Shown here: piece after piece, positions 35,721 to 44,772 of the stretch
Layout of the letters: each line of letters begins with the position of its first letter
Position numbering within the stretch: position 1 is the first letter of the stretch
Source of the DNA: Candidatus Spechtbacteria bacterium RIFCSPLOWO2_12_FULL_38_22
GTDB taxonomy: Bacteria; Patescibacteriota; Minisyncoccia; Spechtbacterales; 2-12-FULL-38-22
Reading direction: 5' to 3'
DNA: 64,000 nucleotides
Assembly (NCBI GenBank): GCA_001820055.1
Contig: MHOK01000005.1
Coordinates: forward strand, 7,371-71,370
Translations under genes and position numbers: made by a program
The notes under the pieces: generated by a model
What the model saw: only the letters and a program-made list of their open reading frames with translations
Told to the model about the DNA's origin: nothing
Database searches by the model: none

Positions 35721-35966
35721 ATGTTGACATTCTTGGTACTAACGCTTTGGTTATCTTGTGGGTACGTAGGTTCTGCTATTATGTCCGCTCATTTTATAGA
35801 AAATACTCCCAATGCTGGATTTAATAAGATAGACAAACTCTTTGCTTGGCTGGTGGTATTGCTGGGATTGGTTACTATGGTAATGGCGCTCTTAATTGCG
35901 GGTAATTTCTTTCGCTCCCATAAAAAACCCCTATGGAATTGGCCTTTCTATAATAACAACAAGTAA
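35721..35966 (+). CDS. Small two-TM hypothetical protein
   Basis: TGTTATACT promoter element and AGGAG SD upstream; hairpin 35978-36000 downstream. Confidence 0.65.
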   Translation: MLTFLVLTLWLSCGYVGSAIMSAHFIENTPNAGFNKIDKLFAWLVVLLGLVTMVMALLIAGNFFRSHKKPLWNWPFYNNNK

Positions 35967-36074
35967 TATACGTCTTTATGTCGTCCTGTCAGGACGACAT
36001 TTTTGTAAAACAGTCTTTATTCAATGTCGTTTACTTGACGCACAACATAAGTACATACAAGAAAATAAAACAAA

Positions 36075-36166
36075 AACAAAAGAGTCTGTATAATTTTATT
36101 TCGTCGTAAGTGGGAATGAGCGTAGCGAATGGCAGCGTGAAATAAAATTATACAGACTCTTTTGTT
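36075..36166. repeat. Hairpin element family A, empty copy (no CCTGCCT..AGGCAGG insert)
   Basis: Perfect long arms AACAAAAGAGTCTGTATAATTTTATTTC; core TCGTCGTAAG|TGGGAATGAGCGTAGCGAATGGCAGCGTG. Confidence 0.9.
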
Positions 36167-36205
36167 AATAAACTGTACTGTTTTTTATTTTTACTATTTT
36201 TAAGT

Positions 36206-37363
36206 TCAACTCAACGGATTTCTTGCTCCATGCACCTCCCAATGCAAATGGCATCCCGTAGAGCGCCCAGTGGAACCCGTGTAGCCTATCAGTTGCCCCT
36301 GGCCTACATCTTGTCCTTGAAACACAGAGGTCTGGATCAAGTGGGCGTAAAGTGCTGAAGTTCCATTTGGATGTGAAACTTTTACATAGTTGCCAAACCC
36401 GCCATTCCACCTTCCGTTACCCACTGATAAAACAGCGCTTCCAGATGCCGCCGCATAAACTGGCTGCCAACAACCACCTGCGATATCAACAGCATTGTAC
36501 CCATGCAACCGCTGACTAATATAACCCGTGGTAGGTTTTATAAAGTAACCGCTCAAATTCTCAAGCGCAGGAGAAGAGGTGCGTGTTGTCGCGTACTTGG
36601 GCACAGGTGGCTTAACTCCCCCAGGAATGATAAGAGTCTGACCAGCAACAATATGAGCCGCGTCTGCGATATCGTTTACCCTCAAAATCTCCTCGCCGTC
36701 TGCTTTATAGCGGGAGGCAATTGTAGAAATAGTATCGCCATATTGCACCTCATATGCCAGACCGTCCATCGGTAATATCATAAGTTCGTCTCCCGGTTGT
36801 ATGTAATCTGAAGAACTTAGGTCGTTAGACCAAAGCAAAGTATCTAAACTTAATCCGAAGGAGTTTGCGATTGCGGCTGGAGTATCTCCAGAACGAACAA
36901 CATATTTTCTCAAACCGACTCTATCGCTTGTAGGTACCGTCTCTTCAATTTCACTTGTATTATTCCAAAGAAAAGCACTACCTTGATCCACTGAATTAAT
37001 ATACTCCACGCTACCACCAATACCCGTTGAATCAGACATAAGGGCATCTATGTTCAATCCAGCTACTAAGCGACCGCTCGCAAACACTTCCGAGTACTTG
37101 GTGCTACTATTTTCTATTACTTTTTCTACCTTAATTTCCTGGTCAACAATAGCATGTATTGGCGTCACGGGGCCTAAATTGTCGCGTAAGAATATAGAAA
37201 AAAAGCCAACTAAAAAAAGAACGGCGATAGAACCTTTGAAAAAAATAAAAAAGGCATAATGATCGCCTTTCTGTTGTATATCTAAAAATTTGAATTTTAA
37301 TTTACTAAAAACACCCTCGACGTAGAGTACAATTCTTTTTATGTCGCGCATCTTTTTTATCAA
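36206..37363 (-). CDS. LysM-containing M23 family peptidase
   Basis: Two LysM repeats (YVVRSGDT, YEVQYGDT); H.YNAVD, YAHL, STGCHLH; start uncertain. Confidence 0.93.
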   Translation of the reverse strand: MIKKMRDIKRIVLYVEGVFSKLKFKFLDIQQKGDHYAFFIFFKGSIAVLFLVGFFSIFLRDNLGPVTPIHAIVDQEIKVEKVIENSSTKYSEVFASGRLVAGLNIDALMSDSTGIGGSVEYINSVDQGSAFLWNNTSEIEETVPTSDRVGLRKYVVRSGDTPAAIANSFGLSLDTLLWSNDLSSSDYIQPGDELMILPMDGLAYEVQYGDTISTIASRYKADGEEILRVNDIADAAHIVAGQTLIIPGGVKPPVPKYATTRTSSPALENLSGYFIKPTTGYISQRLHGYNAVDIAGGCWQPVYAAASGSAVLSVGNGRWNGGFGNYVKVSHPNGTSALYAHLIQTSVFQGQDVGQGQLIGYTGSTGRSTGCHLHWEVHGARNPLS

Positions 37364-37589
37364 TTTATTGACAGACGAAGATGTGGTTTTTAATTTCTCG
37401 ATAATATATTTCTATAGCTTAAGGGTTGAATAAATACACCATTCAGCTACAATCTAAGAGTATTTAATATATAATCTGCGTAATCAAAAATGCTGCTTTC
37501 GCAGCACTCCTATAGTATTCAGCATAGCAGTTACACCCTATTTGTCAATAGGTCTAGGTGGAAAAAGTGTTAATATCGCATAGTGACTG

Positions 37590-37820
37590 TATTACTATAT
37601 TACTAGATTACAAAATTACTAAATTACCAGATTACAGAAACGCCGGATTACTAGATTACAAAATTACTAAATTACCAGATTATTTACATGACCCTGCGGT
37701 TGTACGGTTATATAGTCATCTTATTATGTAGTTATATAGCCGTCTTGTTACATGGTTATATGGTTATGTAGTTATTGTTATATAGTTATATAGTCATCTT
37801 GTTATTAGTTATCTTATTGT
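37590..37820. repeat. Bipartite octamer array (GATTACTA/AATTACCA)n then (TAGTTATA/TGGTTATG)n, ending at the pcrA ATG
   Basis: 35-nt block ATTACTAGATTACAAAATTACTAAATTACCAGATT at 37599-37633 and 37647-37681. Confidence 0.88.
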
Positions 37821-39734
37821 ATGGATATTTTAAAAAATTTAAACGAAAAACAAAAGCAGGCAGTTAGTATAACTGATGGCCCACTTTTGATTTTGGCGGG
37901 GCCGGGAAGCGGAAAAACACGAACCCTTACACACAAAATTGTTTATTTAATTCTCAAACAAGTAAGCCCTCATAATATACTTGCCGTAACTTTTACAAAC
38001 AAGGCCGCTTCCGAAATGAAAAACCGCGTATCGGGCCTGCTTTCTGGGCCAAATGTTAAAAATCAAATGTCCAGTGTGTCGTCGGCCATGCCGACGATCG
38101 GGACCTTTCACTCCATATGCGTAAAAATTTTACGAACAGAAGCTAAAAACTTGGGTTATAACTCAAGTTTCACTATATATGACAACCAAGATCAGTTAAG
38201 TTTAATAAAAAATATAATGAAAAGCTTTGAAATGGACACTGAACAACTTCCCCCGTCTCGCGTGGCTTCTTTTATAAATGACGCAAAAGATAATTTAGTG
38301 TCGCAGTCAGAATTTCAACTAACGGCGTATAATACAGCCACGGAAAAGACATCAAAAGTGTACAGCGAATATCAAAAAAGGCTGAAAAACATAAATGCTT
38401 TTGATTTTGGCGATCTTATTACGCAGGTTGTGTTCTTGTTTCGAGAAAATAAAAACATTCTAGAAAAATACCAAAATCGTTTTCACTATATTTTGGTGGA
38501 TGAATACCAAGACACAAATACCGCCCAGTACACCTGGTTGAAACTGCTTGCGCAAAAAAACAACAACATCTGTGTAGTAGGGGATGATGCTCAAGCAATA
38601 TATGGTTGGCGCAACGCTAATTTTAGAAATATCTTAAACTTTCAAAAAGATTGGCCTGACGCTGAAATTATAAAATTAGAACAAAATTACAGATCAACCC
38701 AAAACATAGTGCTCGGTGCCTCAAATCTTATTAAAACCAACACTCTTGGCTATCCAAAAAAACTATGGACCGAAAATACTATCGGAGATCCTATATTCAT
38801 ATGCGAACTGGGAAACGAATATGAAGAGAGTGAGTTTATAATAAGCCAAATAGAACGGCTCACTGAACAAAAGCAGTACCAACTTAAAGATTTTGTTGTT
38901 TTATATAGAACAAATGCCCAATCTCGCCCGATAGAACAAATGTTCTTGAAATATGATATACCCTACAAAATAGTTGGCGGGTTAAAATTTTATCAAAGAC
39001 AAGAAGTAAAAGATGTTATTGCTTGGCTGCGCTTGTTACAAAATCCTTACGATGAAGCATCTGTTCAGAGACTCGAGCGATTAAAATTAAAGGATCTGCT
39101 AAAAAATACTCAAAACGAAGCACGGACAAAAAAGCAGGCGATTGGTGTACTGCTTAAAAAAATTAAAGACTGTGCTGGAGAAAACCCCAGTTTAGGTAAA
39201 TTGTTAAAATATGTAATTGAAATATCAAATTTTGAAATTATGTTGCGCGACAGCACAGAGAAGGGGGAGGAAAAATGGCAAAACGTACAAGAACTCTTAT
39301 CCGTCGCCCAAGACTACGGACAAATAAACGTACGGGAAGCCATAGATACCTTCCTAGAAAACGTAACTTTGGCGCAAGAAGCAGATAATATAGAATACAG
39401 CTCACAACTGGTGCACCTAATGACTCTTCATATGGCAAAGGGGTTAGAATTTCCAGTGGTTTTTATTGCAGGATGCGAAGATGGTCTTTTACCTCACTCA
39501 AGTAGCATGACCAGCGTAGAAGAATTAGAAGAAGAGCGTCGTCTTGCATATGTCGGGGTAACGCGAGCAAAAGACAGGGTTTATATGTTATTTGCGCGCC
39601 AACGGATGTTATGGGGAAATATTCAATCTAACCCTCCTAGCAGTTTTCTACATGAACTACCGCAAGAAAATATACAATTTAAACCCCTTTATGAAGAATT
39701 GGAAACAGAAGAAGATATCATAGAAATAGATTAG
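37821..39734 (+). CDS. pcrA: UvrD/PcrA ATP-dependent DNA helicase
   Basis: AGPGSGKT, VDEYQDTN, LEQNYRS, MTLH.AKGLEF, EERRLAYVGVTRA. Confidence 0.96.
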   Translation: MDILKNLNEKQKQAVSITDGPLLILAGPGSGKTRTLTHKIVYLILKQVSPHNILAVTFTNKAASEMKNRVSGLLSGPNVKNQMSSVSSAMPTIGTFHSICVKILRTEAKNLGYNSSFTIYDNQDQLSLIKNIMKSFEMDTEQLPPSRVASFINDAKDNLVSQSEFQLTAYNTATEKTSKVYSEYQKRLKNINAFDFGDLITQVVFLFRENKNILEKYQNRFHYILVDEYQDTNTAQYTWLKLLAQKNNNICVVGDDAQAIYGWRNANFRNILNFQKDWPDAEIIKLEQNYRSTQNIVLGASNLIKTNTLGYPKKLWTENTIGDPIFICELGNEYEESEFIISQIERLTEQKQYQLKDFVVLYRTNAQSRPIEQMFLKYDIPYKIVGGLKFYQRQEVKDVIAWLRLLQNPYDEASVQRLERLKLKDLLKNTQNEARTKKQAIGVLLKKIKDCAGENPSLGKLLKYVIEISNFEIMLRDSTEKGEEKWQNVQELLSVAQDYGQINVREAIDTFLENVTLAQEADNIEYSSQLVHLMTLHMAKGLEFPVVFIAGCEDGLLPHSSSMTSVEELEEERRLAYVGVTRAKDRVYMLFARQRMLWGNIQSNPPSSFLHELPQENIQFKPLYEELETEEDIIEID

Positions 39735-39769
39735 ATGCTAACTAAATAACATATTACTAAATAACGAAG

Positions 39770-40582
39770 ATGGTGCAAAATATAAAAAACTTATTAGAAA
39801 AATACAATGTAACACCGAACAAAGTGCTGGGGCAAAATTTTTTAATAAACGAAGGTGTCGCAGATGAGCTTATCAAAGCGACGTGCTTAACAAAAGATGA
39901 TACTGTGGTTGAGGTCGGGCCGGGAACGGGTGTCATCACGAAAAAATTAGCGCAGATTGCAAAAAAAGTAATAGCTGTGGAAAAAGACCCTAAACTTATC
40001 CCAATTCTCCAAAAAGAACTAAAAACTTTTCTTAATATTGAAATTATAAACGAGGACATTCTTAAATTCAATCCCGCAAACTACTCACTACAAACTACCT
40101 GCCTACCGGACAGGCAGGCTCACTACTCACTACTTGGCGCCCCTCCCTATTATCTGACCGGACGCCTGTTTCGTCACTTTTTAGAACTCTCTCTTATTCG
40201 ACCGACACAAATCTCCCTTATTATACAGAAAAATGTCGCTCAAAGAATTATTGCAAAACCACCAAAATCTAATATCCTAGCAACATCTATTCAATTTTAT
40301 GGAGAACCAAGTATTATCAATATAATTTCTAAAAACTCTTTTTGGCCCCGACCCAAAGTTGATTCTGCTATTTTGGTGATTAAAGATATAAAAAATCCTA
40401 CCACAAATGAGCAAAACTTTTTTAAAATTGTGCGCGCTGGCTTTTCTTCACCAAGAAAACAGCTCAAATCAAACCTAAAACAACAATTTAAACTAGATAC
40501 GGCGTTGGAAATAGACTTTTCGCGCAGAGCAGAAACACTCACCATAAAAGAATGGGCATACTTAACAGAAAAACTGCGCTAG
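39770..40582 (+). CDS. rsmA: 16S rRNA adenine dimethyltransferase KsgA/RsmA (with in-frame repeat insertion)
   Basis: LGQNFL, VEVGPGTG, F.P.PKVDSA, RRAETL. Confidence 0.95.
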   Translation: MVQNIKNLLEKYNVTPNKVLGQNFLINEGVADELIKATCLTKDDTVVEVGPGTGVITKKLAQIAKKVIAVEKDPKLIPILQKELKTFLNIEIINEDILKFNPANYSLQTTCLPDRQAHYSLLGAPPYYLTGRLFRHFLELSLIRPTQISLIIQKNVAQRIIAKPPKSNILATSIQFYGEPSIINIISKNSFWPRPKVDSAILVIKDIKNPTTNEQNFFKIVRAGFSSPRKQLKSNLKQQFKLDTALEIDFSRRAETLTIKEWAYLTEKLR

Positions 40583-40654
40583 CGCAGTTTTTTGTTAGGG
40601 GAAAACTTCTTGAGCAAACGTGCTCTTCTATTGTATAATAAATCTATAACTAGT

Positions 40655-43021
40655 ATGGATTTTTATAGAAAACTCCGCAAATTTTTTATTACAAAAAATC
40701 TGCATATGTCGCAGAGTATTCTTAGTATTTCGCTGTCCATAAGATACTCAAAATACTTCCTCACAGCTATCGTTTTTGTAGTATTTGGGGGATTTTTCTT
40801 TTCAGCGCAACCAACAGACGCGTTCGGATTTTTAGCGTGGTTCGGTGTTGGTTTATTAGCGGATATACTTACTGGTGGACACGTCTTAAGTGCCGTAGCA
40901 GCACCCTTCTTCGAAGCCTTAATGAAGATATTGACCGAATTTATATTTCCAATTGTTGAAGCTGTCATAACCTCAATATTATCCTTCATAAACTTCTTAC
41001 TCACTGGAATTGTATATGTGGCAAAAACCATAATGGAGTTTGCTTTAAACTTTTCCCTTACCGCTCCTTACACAGACACAAGCCAAGGAGTTATAAAAGC
41101 CGCATGGCCGATATTTAGAGATTTGGCAAATATGGGACTTATTCTAGTACTAGTAGCTATCGGCATCGGGACAATACTTAACCTAAAGACAAACCGCAAC
41201 CAATTGATGCCCTTTATTATAATCGCGTTTCTAATTAACTTTACTCCGATGCTTACGGGCATCGTTATAGATTTAAGTAACTTAACCGCACGTATCTTTT
41301 TTGACGCGGCGCAAAATGCCTCAAACGCGTTTCTAGCTGGGAATCCATTTTCAGGTTCAATGGACAGACTTGGGGGAAGCATACCACTAATAGGTAGAGG
41401 AATATCAGGAGATGCGTTCGGAGCAACAGATTTTTCTGGCATCTCAATTTTTGCCATAATGACTACCATATTTTTACTTGTCCTAATTTTTGCGTACTTA
41501 CTGCTAGGCGCGCTATTTTTGGGTAGAACTTTGGCGCTTTGGTTGCTTGTTATATTTTCTCCTATAGCGTTTGTGGCTTATATACTTCCCTCGACCAGAA
41601 AAGTTTTTGATAACTGGTGGAACAACTTTTTAAAATGGTCCCTCATCGCAATACCCCTTATATTCTCTTTGTGGCTAGCGGGTATATTTTTACATAACAC
41701 AAGTGTTGGTTGTCAGGCGATATCTCAAAGTGCGATAGAACAAAATATTGGCGAAAACTTAGAGGAAAACGACGGAACAATAACAGGAGAGTCGTCGTTA
41801 GCAGGAGATGACTACGCAACCATACTTTATCCTGTAACCGCCGCGCAAACCAATACCGGCACAAATATGATTTGCGGAATTACATCTATGATATTTGCTC
41901 TTGGGACGCTATTTGTTGGCATATCTATGAGCTTAAAAAGTTCTGCCACAGGGGCGAACATTATAATATCGCGCGCTAAAAAACTGAAAGATGCGATGAT
42001 GAAAAAAGCTTCAAAGTGGGCAGGCACTGAAGCTGAAAAAAGGGGAAGACAACTTACGGCAAGACCGCTTTCAAAAGCGGGGCAGGGCTTGGCAGATTCT
42101 CGCCTTGGGCGCAGCGCTCTAGGGTCACCACTTCGCAACCTCGGGCTTGCGATGCAACGCCCTGCTGTAAAATGGGCTCAACAATATAAAGAGCACGAAA
42201 AGAAATTCCAAGGCATGAGCTGGGAACAAATGAAAGGAATGTTGTTTGAACGCACAGACAAAGGGTCTGCTGCGTGGGCATACGCCGCTAAAAACCACGC
42301 CGGAGATTTAAGAAAAACCTTAGATGATCCAAAAACTGGAGGTGGCCTAAGAAAAGTTATGAAAGCAAAGATGAAAAAAGCTAATTTACGAGGCGATGAC
42401 TCTATGAAAGAGGTAGAAAAAATTGATCCAAAAACCGCAGCAGAAACAAAACATGCCGGTATCAGTGATGAAGGAAAACGACTAGATGCTATAAAAAATG
42501 AAATACATAAGATAGTAGAAAAGCTAGATGACAAAGCGGTCGCAAACCTATCTAATTCGTCTCTGGGAGATACTAGAGTTGTAAAAGCGCTAGAGGAACA
42601 AGGCAAGTTAACTAAGGGTGCCATTGAAAATCTGGCAAAAGAAGAAACACGACTTGCAACGCTGGACACCATTCTGCAAGAAAACTACAAAAAAGAATTG
42701 GTCAAAGAATTAAAGAAAATGACATCAGAAGAAAGAATAAAAACATTTGGATCAGTTGGATCACTTATAGCGAGAGGGGGGGATTTATCACCCGAAGCAT
42801 ACAAAAAATTCCTATCAAGTCCTGAAAACTATAAAAAAATGTTGCGATACAAAAAGGATAAAAGTGGGGGGCGTGTTAGCCCGTACTTGGAAACCATAGA
42901 GGCTCACCCTTATGCGGCGGCGTTTCACTTCACAACCAAAGAATCTGTCCGGGAAGGACTAACAAAAAAAGATTTCGAGACTTTTAGAAAAGAAATGACC
43001 TCAAAGGAAGATAAAAAATAA
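40655..43021 (+). CDS. VirB6/TrbL-like polytopic T4SS membrane protein
   Basis: W..FRDLAN, LINFT...G.VID.SN, R...LW.L.IFSP.AF..ILP, WW..F; heads the PrgI-VirB4 cluster; start uncertain. Confidence 0.75.
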   Translation: MDFYRKLRKFFITKNLHMSQSILSISLSIRYSKYFLTAIVFVVFGGFFFSAQPTDAFGFLAWFGVGLLADILTGGHVLSAVAAPFFEALMKILTEFIFPIVEAVITSILSFINFLLTGIVYVAKTIMEFALNFSLTAPYTDTSQGVIKAAWPIFRDLANMGLILVLVAIGIGTILNLKTNRNQLMPFIIIAFLINFTPMLTGIVIDLSNLTARIFFDAAQNASNAFLAGNPFSGSMDRLGGSIPLIGRGISGDAFGATDFSGISIFAIMTTIFLLVLIFAYLLLGALFLGRTLALWLLVIFSPIAFVAYILPSTRKVFDNWWNNFLKWSLIAIPLIFSLWLAGIFLHNTSVGCQAISQSAIEQNIGENLEENDGTITGESSLAGDDYATILYPVTAAQTNTGTNMICGITSMIFALGTLFVGISMSLKSSATGANIIISRAKKLKDAMMKKASKWAGTEAEKRGRQLTARPLSKAGQGLADSRLGRSALGSPLRNLGLAMQRPAVKWAQQYKEHEKKFQGMSWEQMKGMLFERTDKGSAAWAYAAKNHAGDLRKTLDDPKTGGGLRKVMKAKMKKANLRGDDSMKEVEKIDPKTAAETKHAGISDEGKRLDAIKNEIHKIVEKLDDKAVANLSNSSLGDTRVVKALEEQGKLTKGAIENLAKEETRLATLDTILQENYKKELVKELKKMTSEERIKTFGSVGSLIARGGDLSPEAYKKFLSSPENYKKMLRYKKDKSGGRVSPYLETIEAHPYAAAFHFTTKESVREGLTKKDFETFRKEMTSKEDKK

Positions 43022-43035
43022 CAAACACAAACATT

Positions 43036-43611
43036 ATGTTGGATATTGCCCTTAATAACTACGTACAAGCATTTGATACAACTCCGCAGAAGATAAAGGA
43101 TGTGCTTTTTGCCGACTTTACATCATCGGCAATAAAAAACATTACTCACCGACATAACGCGCAAAATAACATGCTGGATATATCTGCAACCATTGGTTAT
43201 GTACTAGTTGGCCTTATTCCCGTAAAAAACATTATTGAAGTTTTAAAATTAGAAGCGCAACTTGATCAAAACACAGCTCGCAATATAGCCTATGACATAC
43301 GCGAACAGATATTCGCGCCCATAGCTCAAGAACTTGCTTCAATACAAGCGCAAGCGCAAAACAGTTGGGGACAAATCAACGTACTTCAACCGCAAACAAT
43401 GCTTACTGTAGCTCCTGTTTTAGACGAATCAATCACAAGAGAAAAACTACAAATGATTCCTCCTGCGTTACAAGACCATCCTGCCCTAGAACTCCCCACA
43501 AAAGTAGCGCCCGCCCCGCCTCAAAACTTGCCAACAGAACCAAAAGCAATAGACAATATTCCGCCCGACAATCGAATAGATTTAAGAGACAAAAGAGATA
43601 CAAGGTTTTAA
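43036..43611 (+). CDS. Hypothetical protein in the T4SS cluster
   Basis: IGYVLVG.IP, IREQIFAP, Pro-rich tail ending IDLR. Confidence 0.7.
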   Translation: MLDIALNNYVQAFDTTPQKIKDVLFADFTSSAIKNITHRHNAQNNMLDISATIGYVLVGLIPVKNIIEVLKLEAQLDQNTARNIAYDIREQIFAPIAQELASIQAQAQNSWGQINVLQPQTMLTVAPVLDESITREKLQMIPPALQDHPALELPTKVAPAPPQNLPTEPKAIDNIPPDNRIDLRDKRDTRF

Positions 43612-43634
43612 CGCCTACTGATAAACCCGTACAC

Positions 43635-43710
43635 TATTACTAGATTGCAGAAGTACCAAATTACTAGATTACAAAATTACTAAATTACCAGATTTGTTAT
43701 CTTGTTATTT
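43635..43710. repeat. Short octamer array; third exact copy of the 35-nt block at 43660-43694
   Basis: Identical to 37599-37633. Confidence 0.85.
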
Positions 43711-43717
43711 AATTATA

Positions 43718-44119
43718 ATGCAATATTCAACTCCACAATTTATAGACAGGGAACAAAAGCTGCTGGGGCCACTAACTGTACACCAAACAGTTATTCTTGG
43801 TTTAACTACTGTGTTTTTGGTAATATCCTATTTTATATTTAATTTCTTTTTGTTTAGCGTGTTACTCGTAATTCTTGGAGGCACGAGTATCTCAATATCT
43901 TTTATTAAAATAAACGACAGACCAGTATACCAGTTTGTAACTTCTTTTTTTGGATATTTTTTAAAACCCCGCATATACATATGGCAAGGAGAATCTCAAA
44001 ATCCTGTTGCGCAACCTCAAACCACGCAAAAGACACAACAAGAAACTGAGCCTCAAAAGAGATCTCCCCAAATTACAAAAAAAGAACTAGAAGAACTGAC
44101 AGAATTTCTTAACAAATAA
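43718..44119 (+). CDS. PrgI family (VirB3-like) protein
   Basis: MQY..PQFID.E.K..GPLT..Q, two TMs, INDRP, PRIYIW; start placed at ATG 43718. Confidence 0.85.
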   Translation: MQYSTPQFIDREQKLLGPLTVHQTVILGLTTVFLVISYFIFNFFLFSVLLVILGGTSISISFIKINDRPVYQFVTSFFGYFLKPRIYIWQGESQNPVAQPQTTQKTQQETEPQKRSPQITKKELEELTEFLNK

Positions 44120-44120
44120 T

Positions 44121-44771
44121 ATGGCACAACCCTCAACTCAACAATTTATACCGATAGATAATATAAGAGATGATGTGGTTATTTTAAAAGGCGGGCAAAT
44201 GCGCGCTGTTTTACAAGTATCCAGCATAAACTTGGCCCTAAAATCGCAAGACGAACAGGACGCAATAATTCAAAGTTACGGAGCGTTTCTTAATTCTCTA
44301 GAATTCCCGATACAGATACTCGCAAATTCCCGCTATATGAACCTAGACGAATATCTTAAAAACCTCAACGACATGATAGAGAAACAGCCATCCGAACTGA
44401 TGCAGATACAAACCCAAGAATATATAAATTTTATACAAGAATTCTTGTCACAAGACTATGTAGTATCTACAAACTTTTACGTTACGGTGCCCTTCAGTCT
44501 GGTTGATATAGATATTCAAAAGGGCGGTGCGCAAGAAAGATTTAAAGCCTTACTTGGAAAACAAAGCGAACTATCCTATATAGACCCCAAAGAATTTGTA
44601 TCTTACAGGAACCAACTAGTGCAGAGGGTTGAATTTATAGCAAGCGGTTTGCACAGAATGGGACTTGTTATAGATATGCTAAACACCGAACAGTTAATAT
44701 CCTTGTTTTGGAGCTTGTACAATCCCGAGGACTTAAAAAAAAGGTCTTTAGTAAAATCATTATTTGAATAA
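44121..44771 (+). CDS. VirB4-associated T4SS protein (TraC/VirB4 N-terminal-like)
   Basis: STQQF, IN.ALKS..EQ.AI, FLNSL.FPIQI, YNP; lies between PrgI and VirB4. Confidence 0.75.
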   Translation: MAQPSTQQFIPIDNIRDDVVILKGGQMRAVLQVSSINLALKSQDEQDAIIQSYGAFLNSLEFPIQILANSRYMNLDEYLKNLNDMIEKQPSELMQIQTQEYINFIQEFLSQDYVVSTNFYVTVPFSLVDIDIQKGGAQERFKALLGKQSELSYIDPKEFVSYRNQLVQRVEFIASGLHRMGLVIDMLNTEQLISLFWSLYNPEDLKKRSLVKSLFE

Positions 44772-44772
44772 T

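Noticed and set aside
37599-37681. Two exact 35-nt direct repeats resembling a mini CRISPR array
   Set aside because: The spacer is only 13 nt, the repeat is itself made of octamer units, and there are no cas genes in the window
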